A stretch of DNA of 64,000 nucleotides from Octopus bimaculoides. Lineage: Eukaryota. A program made the position numbers and the translations under genes. Under the pieces are notes generated by a model. That model did not search any database and was not told the DNA's origin. It was given only the letters and a program-made list of their open reading frames with translations. Positions 12,929-25,053 of the stretch are shown here, in pieces. How positions within the stretch are numbered: the stretch's first letter is position 1; each line of letters begins with the position of its first letter. Location: the NCBI RefSeq assembly GCF_001194135.2, contig NC_068990.1, positions 31,790,329 through 31,854,328 of the forward strand, in the 5' to 3' direction.

Positions 12929-15900
12929 GTAAGCAGTTTAACTCCTATAGTATCAAGAAACACTTCTCACTCATGTGGGTCACTTCTTCTAATCTCTGTG
13001 CATACCTATGGATGTTTATACACACACAAACACTTACACATGTAAAGACAGTATTCTTCTGGGACTATGTATTAAATATGGAAAAAAAATAAACAAGGAT
13101 AAAGAGAAAATAAATAGAAATCTTGTGTAAAGTGGTTGGCATTAGGAAGGGCATCCAGCTATAGAAACCATGTTAAATCAGACTGTAGTCTGGTGCAGCT
13201 TGCCAGCCCTGATCAAACCATCCACCCATGCCAACATGGAACATTAGTAATGATGACAATGTTGTGTGTGTGTGTGTCTTCCTGTCTTGAAACTGCGCAA
13301 CAGTTATAAAACAAGCACCACCATAATGCAATCCATGTCATTTGTTTCCTGCATTACTTGAAAATCATGTTTGGTCATGAGGAAATATTACCTTGCTTGG
13401 AAACAGATGAGGTTTGGCAACTGGATGGGTATCTGGCCAAAGAAAATTCGCCTGAACAAATTCCATCTGACCCAGGCAAGCATGGAAAAGTAGACATTAA
13501 AACGATGATGAAGATGATATAGATATTATATATGTGCACACACATACATCTTTATATGAATACACATAAAATACAGTGGTCAAGAGTTCAAACTTTGATA
13601 AGGCTATTGTGTTTCTGAGCAAAGCACAACTCTTCTTGCATGATTTTGTCTGATAAAAGGTTCCCTTCTTTTTCAATTTCTATCATATGGCTAGCAGTGG
13701 GAAGGGTTCCTGCTACCACAAGTAAAATTACATCTGTACTGTGGAAGAAAATTCATTATCAATGACTATTTTTGGTAAAGAAAACAGGCAATAGAGTCAC
13801 AGAATTGTAAATAATTAAAGATAGAATTCATTGAGGAATGAGTTTGATCTTTGTTAGTTCAGTGGCAACACCAGACTTCTTTCAGTCTTATTAGGCCTCA
13901 TCAGCAGTGCATAGTCTAACCATTAATGTCTGATCTTTAGAATTTATATGTATAAAATCTAATAAGAATAGCACCAATTTATAAATGTACTCGTTTACAA
14001 TTTTGTTAATTATATCTTTTGATACCAACTCACCTGAAACTGTTTCCGATTCTATGAATCAAACTTCCTGTTTTAAATTGATCTGAATTAAAACCATCAA
14101 TCCAAATTTTTTAAATTTATGTTTCAAAAACCAGCTTAATAATAACAATGTTGTTTTACTAAATTTTCCATAAACTTCAAAATTGATTGAAATAAATGAT
14201 GTGTATTTAAAAAAGATATGGTAATAAAAAGCAGGAATATCTATTTTAAAACCTGTACCTACAAAACTTTGTATTCAAATTTATTGTATATCTTAATGAT
14301 AGTGGGCCGAATTATTTTTCATTGAGTTTTAATCCAAATGTTTATTTGAATAGTTTACAAAATGACTAATGTTTTGGCCTTTCATTTCAGCAACAGATTC
14401 CATACCAGCATTTGAATGATGATTTCTGTGATTGCAATGATAACTCTGATGAACCTGGAACCTCAGCTTGTCAGTCATCAAAGTAAGACATCTAAAATAT
14501 ACTATTTCAGTTAATTAGGCTGCAGCCATGCTGGGGTACTACTTTGAAGAATTTTTAGTGGTTGGGGGGGGGGGTGACAGATATAGACACACATAAATAT
14601 ATACATATATATATCATCATCATCATCATCATCGTTTAACGTCCGCTTTCCAAGCTAGCATGGGTTGGACGATTTGACTGAGGACTGGTGAAACCGGATG
14701 GCAACACCAGGCTCCAATCTAAATTTGGCAGAGTTTCTACAGCTGGATGCCCTTCCTAATGCCAACCACTCACACACACACTATGGGCTTCTCTCAATTT
14801 CTGTCTGCCATATTCACTCACAAGGCTTTGGCCAGCCTGAGGCTATAGAAGACACTTGTGTTTTCAATGTAAACGATGTACACTCTGTCTACACAATAAT
14901 TGTATATGCTCTCTGCATGACAACTATACACACTGTCTCTGTATAGTAACTGTATGCTCTATATATTCTTGTATACAAAAACATGGATTTTCTCTATTCA
15001 AGAACTCAATGAGATATCACCATGAATTTTTGAAAACATTTAAATGTAATTTCTACTGTACTTTTCCTTGGAGAGTATCGAAAAAGAAACATTTCGATAC
15101 CTTGTTTATGAATTTTGGATGAATATTTTAGTAAATATGACAATTTGAATGGTCAGGAAACTGGTTGAAATCTTACCTAATTGGCCTCAATGAATTATTA
15201 GCCATATTTGTGATGTCATATCTTTGAAACTGAGGTGATAATCATCTTCAAATTACACAAATTAATAATGACCATGGTGGTTGTTGCCTGTGCCACCTGA
15301 CTGGCCCCGTGTCAGTGTCATGTTTTTACCATTTGAGCGTGGGTCATTGCCAGTGCCGCCTGACTGGCTCCCATGTTGGTGGCACATAAAAAGCACCCAC
15401 TACACTCTCAGAGTGGTTGACGTTAGGAAGGGCATCCAGCTGTAGAAACCTTGCCAGATCAGATTGGAGCCCAGTACAGCCTTCTGGCTTGCCAGTACTC
15501 AGTCAAACCGTCCAACCCATGCCAGCATGGAAAGCGGACGTTAAATGACAATGATGATGTATACCAGTTGCCTACTTTTTTCAGGTTCTTGGAAAGGAAA
15601 CTTTTTTTTTGGCAATTTTTTAAATATTTATGTAAAGTCTGTTTTGTTGCATATAACAGTCACTTTCGCAGTGTTTTCAGACATAGCTAAATCCGAAAGT
15701 ACACAGGGACTTGATTTTTGACACGTTTGTAGTGGGTATAGAACTAAATAAATCCTGAGATTTTGGGACATGACACCATTTCAATAAAATTTTAATGGAC
15801 TATTCAAAATTACTATAGATAGCTGAGTTTCGGATCAGGGCACCCACATGAGTTGGATTTTCCCCATTTTGACAGGGATTTCCTCCTTTTTTTTTTTTTT

Positions 15901-18900
15901 TTTCATCACAGCCTTAGAAATGATGTAGGGAAGCTTTTCAGGAAGAAAAATTGGGGAAAATTTATGATTCCCCCACTCCAGATTGACATTGGCCTGTTCG
16001 TGTTTTTTTTTTTTGCATTACACTCTTAAAAACGATAGGAAAAGCCTTTTCAGTTAAAAAAAAAATTTTCAAAATATTTTCAGGCAGAAAGGTGTGTGAT
16101 TTAAGGGAGATTTAACTGTTGTTTCTAACACATCCTACGACCATCTGGTACCTTTCTCAGAATTGCATGTATACTTCGATTAAAACCCAAACGAAATCTC
16201 AAAACTAGTTCCTGGCTTTAGCTTTAAAAGCATAAATTAACATCATTAAAAACATCTGTAACTTACAGTAAACTCGTTCTTATTAATTCGTTCATCCATT
16301 TCTTGAAATTCTGGCTCAAATTCAATATTTGAAGCCTTGGATCTGTGTTCCTACCATGTGGGAATATGGCAGTTTGACAAGTAGTGTCAGTATACCATCT
16401 TCTTTATTGACTTCATAATGCTTTTTGCTATATCGTGGCCAGATTCAGCAATGACCATACTGGATTTGCAAGAAATTTTTCTTTATGATATAAAAATCTT
16501 GAAGAAAATATATTCTTTTCTAAGTGGAAATTGACAATAAGATTTTCACTTTTATATTTCATAATGATTATTTAAAATATCCCTATCAATTTTTATATCA
16601 AAATAATCAAAATCAATCCTCTTCATGCCTATGATTTCCAGTGCAAATTGTGTTATAGCACTCCTGCACGTTGAATTAGAATGAGGGCCACCGTTCACCA
16701 GTCAAAAAAAGTGAGGTGGAGCAAATTTTATGAATGGGTGGAAATACTAGGGTGATTGAGGGACCCTGGTATGATATGTAAGTGTTAGATTTTGTATGAG
16801 AAGGAAGTTCACATCCAGAACTTCCAAATGATATATAATTTTCGTTGGAATAAATGTATTTTGACATGAAAATGATCAAGAAAAAGTGTGTTTTTACATG
16901 GTCAAACTGCACTTATCTCCCTTCTACAGTGCTCTTTAGTAAAAGTGTTACACATTCAAAGTTGTGCATTTTGATTTAAACTTTTGTTGAATCAGTTGTA
17001 AAGCACAATCTTAATTCCAGTTATTTACATTATCTACATTTGACGGATATTCGTCCTTATCTTGTTTGTTGTTAACACCAAACAAGATGAGGACGAATAT
17101 CCGTCAAATGTAAATAATGTAAATAATTCCTTATCTCTTAAATATAGAACTGTATTAATTCCAGTTTATTAAATTTTCACGTTCAGTTTCACTTTCACTA
17201 TTATAGTTAAGCCTGTTCTGAAATTGCTTCATTCACTATAGATAATTTTGGGGACAACTTTTGACTTTTTTTTTATCCTGTTCTGTGAGTGTATAGTCTC
17301 CAGTTTTGAGTTTGGATCTCTATACTCTTCTACTGATAACCTTTTTCTTAATTGTTGGAATTGATGTTTACACCAGACAATGTACGATTTTTCTCATTAC
17401 ATAAATTATAATTACCTAACCATCTGTGAAGAGTGTCTAGCCAGTGTACAGAAAGAGTGCAATTAATGGATGTATAAAGAAAGTTCAAAATGTTTTTGCA
17501 TTGAATTTATAGTTATTACATACAGATAGTGCAAAATTATTGTGTAGTGGGAGAATGTGAGATTAATATAATCAAGTTCAAATTCAAGTGTACACTTGAA
17601 TTTTCCCTCATTCTAGTTTTGTGGAGTGGATAATAATATTGATGTTCAGACATCAATATCATTGGGAGACAATGAGAATACACATATTTGAATATTTGAA
17701 TGTATCATATGATGGTCTGTCCAGCATTTAGCTTCATGCTTGGCGCATGTAATTAAAATGTTCTGAAAGTAACCCTTGTTGGATAATAGTGTAATCAAAA
17801 AGAGGCCACTTCTTTGAGGAGACCTCCATAATATTTTGTAGATATTGTGTTACACAACTGTATAGAATTTCATACTGTTGTTGTGTACAGCAAGTACATA
17901 AAATTGTTGTAGAAAGAGTATGTGTGTTTATACATTGATTATATATAGAAAGGGAATATTCAAAGTAGAGAGTGTATAATCATTACATACAAAGAGTATA
18001 TTCAAAGTAGAGAGTGTATAATCTTTACATACAAAGAGTATATTAGTCATTGTGTAGAGAATGTATAAAGAAAGTGCATTGACTAGAGAGAATGTATGGT
18101 TATTCTTATTTCTTTATTGTCCACAAGAGGCTAAACATAGAGGGGACAAACAAGGACAGACAAAGGGATTAAGTCGATTAGATCGACCCCAGTGCATAAC
18201 TGGTACTTAGTTTATCGACCCTGAAAGGATGAAAGGCAAAGTCAACCTCTGCGGAATTTGAACTCAGAACGTAACAGCAGACGAAATACCGCTAAGCATT
18301 TCGCCCAGCGTGCTAACGTTTCTGCCAGCTTAGTTATTTTATTCAGAGAGTTTATATGTTCATTGCATAAAGTGAACATACATACATTTTGTATGGCCAA
18401 GTGCTGTCAAACCATCGAACCCCTGCCAGCATAGAAAGTGGATGTTAAATGACGATGACAGCAATGGCGGCGGCAGCGACACCATGAGAGAGAAAGTGAT
18501 AGTGTAATCATTGCATAGAAAGAGTCTATGTATTCATTGTATAGAGGGAGTATATATGGAGAGCATATTGATTCAATGTATATAGATAATGCATACTGTC
18601 ATTGAGTTCTTGACATTTAGTGCTTTAATACAAAACCTAATGAAAAATTTCCTGCTGTAGATTATTTTGCTTTCTTCTACAGGTTTTATTGCACTTTTCA
18701 GCTGGAAGGATTGAAACCTCAGTTTACTTGGTCGAGTCGTGTACAAGATGGTATTTGTGATTGCTGTGATGGTAGTGATGAATGGTCAAATGAAGTTTTA
18801 CCTGATAACATCCGAATTAAAGGTAATACTGTCCAAATCTTAGCAATTTGCCATTGTATCTCTATTATATTCTACACCAGTCCTGAGCCTCTCCTATATT

Positions 18901-21900
18901 TCACTCTATCATTTGCTACAGTCACCTCATCCTGCCCACTCACCCAGCCCATCTTACCACCTCCAATGTTCTCTGAGGGCATGTCCCAACATGTCTTCGC
19001 CATCATTTCCCTCACTATCATTCTTTTTATCTTAGTTTCTAACTTACTCTCCTTTGTTTTCCAACTGGGGCATCCATGTACCTACTCTACAGCAAGACAC
19101 CTTAAATCACTCAACTGGCACAAAGCCACACCTCCTCCATATTACTCCCTCCCTCCCAGTTGAGAGGCTTTTTGTCTTGCAAGGTACTTGGTGACCCCTG
19201 TCAGTGCTGGCACCATGTAAAAAGCACTTTTGCTGGTGGGTATATCAGCCAAAACGTATTAACAACAAACAAGATGAGGACAAATAGCCGTCAATTGTAA
19301 ATAATGTAAATAATGGACTTATAATATATATAATTAACTTTGATCTGTTAATAATAATAACAATAAGATAAATAGCCTGAGGACGCACTGGTGGATTTAT
19401 GTATTAGGCATAGCCTTAATAAACACCCCACCGGTGCAGAAACACGTAGTATTGATTAAAAATATCTTCTTTCCCCACAGACTAATAAAAGATAAATTAT
19501 ATATATTTTTCAAATAATTTTATTATATTTTATAGTAGGTTTTTAAGTGCTTATATTATTTTATTGGATATAATAATAATAATAATAATAATAACATCGA
19601 AAAATACCTTAGGAATGAGAACCCAGGTTCAAAATTTCCCCAAGACACCTGATGAAGGCTAGAAGGTATATCAGCTGAAACGTGTTAACAACAAACAAGA
19701 TGAGGACAAATATCCGTCAAATGTAAATAATGTAAAAAATGTACATAATTCTNNNNNNNNNNNNNNNNNNNNNNNNNNNNNNNNNNNNNNNNNNNNNNNN
19801 NNNNNNNNNNNNNNNNNNNNNNNNNNNNNNNNNNNNNNNNNNNNNNNNNNNNNNNNNNNNNNNNNNNNNNNNNNNNNNNNNNNNNNNNNNNNNNNTAACA
19901 ACAAACAAGATGAGGACAAATAGCCGTCAATTGTAAATAATGTAAATAATGGACTTATAATATATATAATTAACTTTGATCTGTTAATAATAATAACAAT
20001 AAGATAAATAGCCTGAGGACGCACTGGTGGATTTATGTATTAGGCATAGCCTTAATAAACACCCCACCGGTGCAGAAACACGTAGTATTGATTAAAAATA
20101 TCTTCTTTCCCCACAGACTAATAAAAGATAAATTATATATATTTTTCAAATAATTTTATTATATTTTATAGTAGGTTTTTAAGTGCTTATATTATTTTAT
20201 TGGATATAATAATAATAATAATAATAATAACATCGAAAAATACCTTAGGAATGAGAACCCAGGTTCAAAATTTCCCCAAGACACCTGATGAAGGCTAGAA
20301 GGTATATCAGCTGAAACGTGTTAACAACAAACAAGATGAGGACAAATATCCGTCAAATGTAAATAATGTAAAAAATGTACATAATTCTTCATCTCTTAAA
20401 TATAGAACTGTATTATCTTTTTGTTTTATTGTGCCTGTCTCTCTCTATATATATATATATAGCTATGCATTCTTCACTATTTCCATGTACTGAACTCACT
20501 GTTTCCCACTTAGAGTAGAATCCTATTTTAAAGCGCACCACTTCAAATTACCGTTCACTTCCTTCAAAGGCAAAAGCTTGAAACATAAGACTTCCACACA
20601 ACATAGCAAGCGAATATATTAAACATTAAATCCTTTTTCTAATACCTGTACAGACTCTTACTAGTTTCCTTGCATTCTGGAAATATATTAAGTATTGTAA
20701 TTATATAGAAGGCTTGTACCTAATTGTTGGAATTGTGTCCAAATATATTTACTCATGCAATGAGTGACATTATATCTCTTAAGGACCTTTTTTTGGAAGC
20801 CTATTATGAGGAAGAAACTAACTAGCTTCATTGTTATTTAACAATTACTCTGGAATTTTCACATCAAAATTTGCTCACCATTATGTTACCTTAGCATCTA
20901 GGAAGGCCACTGACACAAGGAGGGGAGACCAATGGTGGTCTCCGTTTCAATCGTGGTTTGAATGAGATCTCATGATATGACAATTCCACTATTTTGCTGA
21001 AGAAGAATTTAGTAAAACGTAATATAGGGATACAAGGATGTAGAGTTAGTATTGGAGATGAGAGTGTATGTATCTGTACACACACTACTTACATATAAAG
21101 GCATTATATATAAATTTTTGTGCTTGTTCTTACAGACCCTGCTTTAGGAGGTGCAGTGATGCATGCTCCCTGTGCTAATTGGTGCCTAACAATTCTTCAG
21201 AAAGTTCATAGAAAGAAAATGATGCTACTAGAAGGCCGTAAACATAAAGCTCCCTATTTAGCAGCAGCAGCTAATGTGAAAAACAAAATGGTAAGTACAT
21301 AATTAGTTGCATCGAAATCAATAATAACAAAAGCACTCAGAGAGCACAAACTTCCGCTAACGCAACACCAACATCCTCTCAACGATTAACAAAAGATGAT
21401 TTTTAAAATGAGAATATCTGAAATAAGATCCATCAATGAATATCATGAATCCTTTTGGTTTTCTTTTCTCTTAAATTCCGATCTTCCATTAGTAATCCTG
21501 TTGTTTTACATCATTGTATAGAATTATATATGTAAGTCATCATCATCATCATCGTTTAACGTCCGCTTTCCATGCTAGCATGGGTTGGACGATTTGACTG
21601 AGGACTGGTGAAACCGGATGGCATCACCAGGCTCCAATCTAATTTGGCAGAGTTTCTACAGCTGGATGCCCTTCCTAACGCCAACCACTCAGAGAGTGTA
21701 GTGGGTGCTTTTACGTGTCACCCGCACGAAAACGGCCACGCTCGAAATGGTGTCTTTTATGTGCCACCCGCACAAGAGCCAGTCCAGGGGCACTGGCAAC
21801 GATCTCGCTCGAAAACCCTACAAAGGCCAGTCAGGCAGTACTGGCAACGGTAACGCTCAAGATGNNNNNNNNNNNNNNNNNNNNNNNNNNNNNNNNNNNN

Positions 21901-24237
21901 NNNNNNNNNNNNNNNNNNNNNNNNNNNNNNNNNNNNNNNNNNNNNNNNNNNNNNNNNNNNNNNNNNNNNNNNNNNNNNNNNNNNNNNNNNNNNNNNNNNN
22001 NNNNNNNNNNNNNNNNNNNNNNNNNNNNNNNNNNNNNNNNNNNNNNNNNNNNNNNNNNNNNNNNNNNNNNNNNNNNNNNNNNTCCCTCAACTGTTAGGGT
22101 GTGGCACTTTTTCACGCAGCTATCCTCATTCATTCTCACCACATGTCCAAACCAGCGCAATCGTCTCTCTTGCACACCACAACTGATGCTTCTTATGTTC
22201 AGCTTTTCTCTCAAGATACTTACACTCTGACGGGTATGCAGATTGACATTACACATCCAGCGGAGCATACTGGCTTCATTCCTTGCGAGCTTACGCATGT
22301 CCTCAGCAGTCACAGCCCAAGTTTCACTGCCATGTAGCATGGCTGTTCGTACACATGCGTCATATAGTCTGCCTGTATACTGTAAAATGTTAAAATGTAT
22401 GTATAATCTCGTAATATGGAAAATACTTAAAAGAAAAATGTAACAAAAACTATTACAGGGTTCTCTAACTAAAATTTGTTTCTTCACCCCTAATCACATA
22501 TTGTTACTTTAACTAATGTGCATCTAAATGTAGTTGGGTGGCAAACTCCATCACCTGGCACTTTGATGCATTTAATGAAGTCTGTTGAGCTACAGTCAAT
22601 CAGGGCAGGTCTCTTGTATGTGGATTGCTTATGCCAGTCTGAGAAAGCCCTAGAAATGGTTATGGGTACACCCTTCCACTTCTGACTAAGCCACAAAAAT
22701 ATTAATGTTATTTATAAATGTTTTATGTTTCACGCAATATTTGCAGTATTACTTTTGCTAGATATTAGAAAATATAAGCTAATAAATTTGATAATACAAA
22801 CTTTAGTAGAATTTATCCCCACTTAAATGCAGATACTCTGTTAGAACAAACTATACTGCAATAGATACCATGAGAGAAACTCTCATATCGGTCCCTAGTA
22901 CAAAATGCACTCTTGTTTATATTGCTAGCAGGGAAATAAACCCCCATGACCTCCAGTGCCAAGACTGCCAGATCACATGATTTCAACCTTCCTTGCTCTT
23001 ATCAATGACGGACGCTCAATCACTAGAGATAACAGCAACTCACCCCCTCTCAGTGATATAAAGTAAGAAAAATGCCAGAAGAGGCACTGGTGTCATGATT
23101 AGCTTGTTAAAAATATTTAGAATTGTTTTTTGATTTTTGCTCTCATTCATAAATTTTTCCTCAATTATTCAATTCAATACCATACCTTTTTCTTCTTTTC
23201 TTAGAGCTATGGTCCTGAAGGTGTGTTTTACAAACTAAGTCTGAAATGTTTTCAAATTCAACTTCCTCCTTATGACTACAATATATGTCCTTTCAAGAAA
23301 TGTACTCAGCAAAAGTTTCCACAACCAGTGATATCATTGGGACAGAACCCTGTGTGGGAGAAAATGAGACTTGGCTCTTATGTTTTAAAGATGACAGGAG
23401 GTAGTGCTCAGTATTGCCCAGAAAACAGAGAGCGTCTTTCAAGGGTAGGTAAATTATTTGATAAACATTTATTTTGTATTATGTATGCCAGCTGGAGTGA
23501 CATGTCACTTGTGTATGTTTGTTTCATGTTTTGCACATACATTCACTTGCACGACATTAAATTAAGTCATTAACTTATGTTGTCCTTTCTTTATTGTTCA
23601 ATTATTTGTGATTACTTTTTTAATGTTTATTGCATTAAACATGGCAACACTAAATTATTGGCATCTCTGAATAATTAATTGTATTTGGTGTTAGGAAGGG
23701 CATCCAGCCATAGAAACCATGCCAAATCAGACTGGAGTCTAGTGCAGCCTTCCATCTTGCCAGCCCAAGTCAAACCATCCACTCCAATGGACAATGGACA
23801 TTAAATGATTATGATCTGTTGCTTTTGCATAAGCCCACTTTAATTAATTATTGATAAAACTTAATTAAATTTTTTTTTTATTGGCAATTCTATTTAGAAA
23901 GAAAATAATTGAAGACAAACCTGGTTAAAATAAATAAAAATTACTTTTGCAGATTTAGTAAATGGTTGTCAATCAGAATTCCTCTGTAGAGTAACTTCTT
24001 CCAGGAATATGCTCTCTTACACATTTATAATTCAATTTGACACATCTATACAAATGTGTAAGAGTTACAAATATATTTGAAATTTAACTCACTCACGAAA
24101 AATAATTTATCTAACTATCTTATATTTCTTGAATTCTGCAGATAACTTTTGAATGTGGAGTTGTTGATAAAGTGAAATCAATACACGAAGATGCTTGTGA
24201 ATATTTTATCAAATTCAGTACACCTGCTGCATGCTGA
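12620..24237 (+). CDS. Glucosidase II beta subunit (PRKCSH)-like protein, membrane-anchored, MRH-containing; 6 coding exons, 343 aa (join 12620-12928,14391-14482,18683-18822,21136-21290,23205-23444,24142-24237)
   Basis: Exon lengths 309+92+140+155+240+96=1032 nt give one open frame ending in TGA at 24235-24237. All introns are GT...AG with matching phases (0,2,1,0,0). Motifs RGV...FQC...LNDDFCDCNDNSDEPGTSAC, FYC...RVQDGICDCCDGSDE and GPEG.F..L..KCF...YDYNICPF...CG...E..CEY...TPAAC match the PRKCSH N-terminal module and MRH domain. Symbol withheld because the architecture differs from canonical PRKCSH. Confidence 0.93.
14391..14482 (+). CDS. PRKCSH-like gene coding exon 2 (QQIPYQHLNDDFCDCNDNSDEPGTSACQSS)
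   Basis: Acceptor ttcatttcag, donor AA|gtaaga; carries the NDDxCDCxDxSDEPGTSAC signature. Absent from the ORF track because it is too short. Confidence 0.95.
17023..17154 (+). mobile_element. Minimal Penelope-like (family P1) insertion with 5' inversion and 12-bp target duplication
   Basis: Palindrome with 53-bp arms (17021-17073 / 17074-17126, 3 mismatches); 3' end AAATATAGAACTGTA shared with 20388-20412; TTAATTCCAGTT repeated at 17011-17022 and 17155-17166. Confidence 0.75.
18108..18329 (-). mobile_element. tRNA-derived SINE family C
   Basis: Reverse-complement homolog of 10394-10612 with a complete tail. Confidence 0.8.
18683..18822 (+). CDS. PRKCSH-like gene coding exon 3 (FYCTFQLEGLKPQFTWSSRVQDGICDCCDGSDEWSNEVLPDNIRIK)
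   Basis: Acceptor ttcttctacag, donor G|gtaata; contains the DGICDCCDGSDE motif. Confidence 0.95.
19371..19453 (+). ncRNA. Type I hammerhead ribozyme motif (Penelope-like terminal repeat, family P2)
   Basis: AATAGC-CTGAGGA-C-GCACTGGTGG...CCACCGGTGC-A-GAAA-C-AC-G-TA-GTATT. Core CUGANGA/GAAA, 10-bp stem II, minimal stem III, GUA cleavage triplet, stem I with one bulge. Identical copy at 20007-20089. Confidence 0.7.
19590..19752 (+). mobile_element. Penelope-like terminal repeat (family P1) with damaged hammerhead motif at 19644-19686
   Basis: GACAC-CTGATGA-A-GGCT...AGCT-GAAA-C-GTGTT, with the cleavage-site nucleotides missing. Homologous to 47180-47342; follows an (AAT)n tract. Confidence 0.7.
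21136..21290 (+). CDS. PRKCSH-like gene coding exon 4 (DPALGGAVMHAPCANWC...EGRKHK...KNKM)
   Basis: Acceptor ttgttcttacag, donor ATG|gtaagt; phases match both neighbouring exons. PCANWC corresponds to the CxNTC that closes the PRKCSH N-terminal module. Confidence 0.9.
21538..22381 (-). mobile_element. RTE-clade LINE, 5'-truncated, in intron 4
   Basis: Encodes LYDACVRTAMLHGSETWAV...RRLRWFGHVVRMNEDSCVKKC; 3' UTR of family B with a (GAT)n tail. Confidence 0.9.
23205..23444 (+). CDS. PRKCSH-like gene coding exon 5 (MRH domain N-terminal part, SYGPEGVFYKLSLKCF...CPENRERLSR)
   Basis: Acceptor tttcttcttttcttag, donor AGG|gtaggt; 80 codons with the MRH cysteine pattern. Confidence 0.95.
24142..24237 (+). 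CDS. PRKCSH-like gene last coding exon (ITFECGVVDKVKSIHEDACEYFIKFSTPAAC*)
   Basis: Acceptor gaattctgcag; ends with the MRH terminal motif CEY...TPAAC followed directly by TGA. Confidence 0.95.
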   Translation: MTFECGVVDKVKSIHEDACEYFIKFSTPAAC

Positions 24238-25047
24238 TTTCAATTATCATCAAGCAAAAGTACCTGGGACCAGAACTTCAGTTTTTTTACCTCGTTATTC
24301 ATATCTACATTCCATCAAGAATTTGATTAGACTTCATTTCCTTATCATTACATTTGGCCTAAGGACAATTTGTTCAGTCAATAGTCTTTTGTTTTTTTCC
24401 TGTGATTCTTATGTGCCTGTAATATGTATAAATATAAGCTCTACAGGTATAGTAGCTGTGAAGTAAAGAACTTTTGACTATAATACTGTCCAATCTTATC
24501 ACAGGTATGGATGTCATGTCTGTAGAAAAGGGAAATTGTTCTAATCTAATGATCTGTAAATATTTGTTACTTTCTCTTTACTGATGAGAAGCTTCCAATG
24601 GGAAAAGCATCTAACTAGAAATTCTTATTTAAAAATATTTATGCAAGTATTCAACATTACAAAATTTCATTCATTCATGGTTATTATTGAAAAACAGAGG
24701 TGAATTTCTTCAAACCATATTGCTGAATATATTATGAAATAACAAAACCACATTTTTGGTTGGCATCTACAGTTTCTTATTCAAAATGGGTGTACCAAAT
24801 TTTGGAATTTTGATGCTGTGGTTAGACCAATTTTTCATCCTCCTGAAATGTATAAAAAAATTTTACACGTTACACAAAGTACACCTACTATGCATAATAT
24901 TCTATACGAGATAAGTACAATAAGCTTGTACTTAACTGATCATATTTTGTTCTGAAAGCGAGTTAACTTGAAAGATATTTTCTAAAATGTATATCAAATG
25001 ACAGTATATTACGATTATAAATGGCAAATGATTTGTAAAAAAAAACC

Positions 25048-25053
25048 AATAAA
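25048..25053 (+). terminator. Candidate polyadenylation signal (AATAAA) of the PRKCSH-like gene
   Basis: AATAAA about 810 nt after the stop codon, near the end of unique AT-rich sequence and followed by U/GU-rich sequence. AATAAA is common in AT-rich DNA, so this is weak. Confidence 0.3.

Larger units (their letters stand above)
19260..20388. repeat. 493-bp direct duplication (19260-19752 and 19896-20388) flanking an N gap
   Basis: The two copies read identical by eye and are separated only by N, so an unmerged contig overlap is likely. Confidence 0.85.

Noticed and set aside
12449-13045. 198-aa ORF taken as one coding unit from the first start
   Set aside because: The first 128 nt precede a clear acceptor at 12576 and the part after 12928 is intron; only 12620-12928 (possibly from 12577) is supported.
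19260-20388. CRISPR-like repeat-spacer array
   Set aside because: Eukaryotic sequence; the repeats are retroelement terminal fragments plus a probable assembly duplication, with no regular spacers or cas genes.
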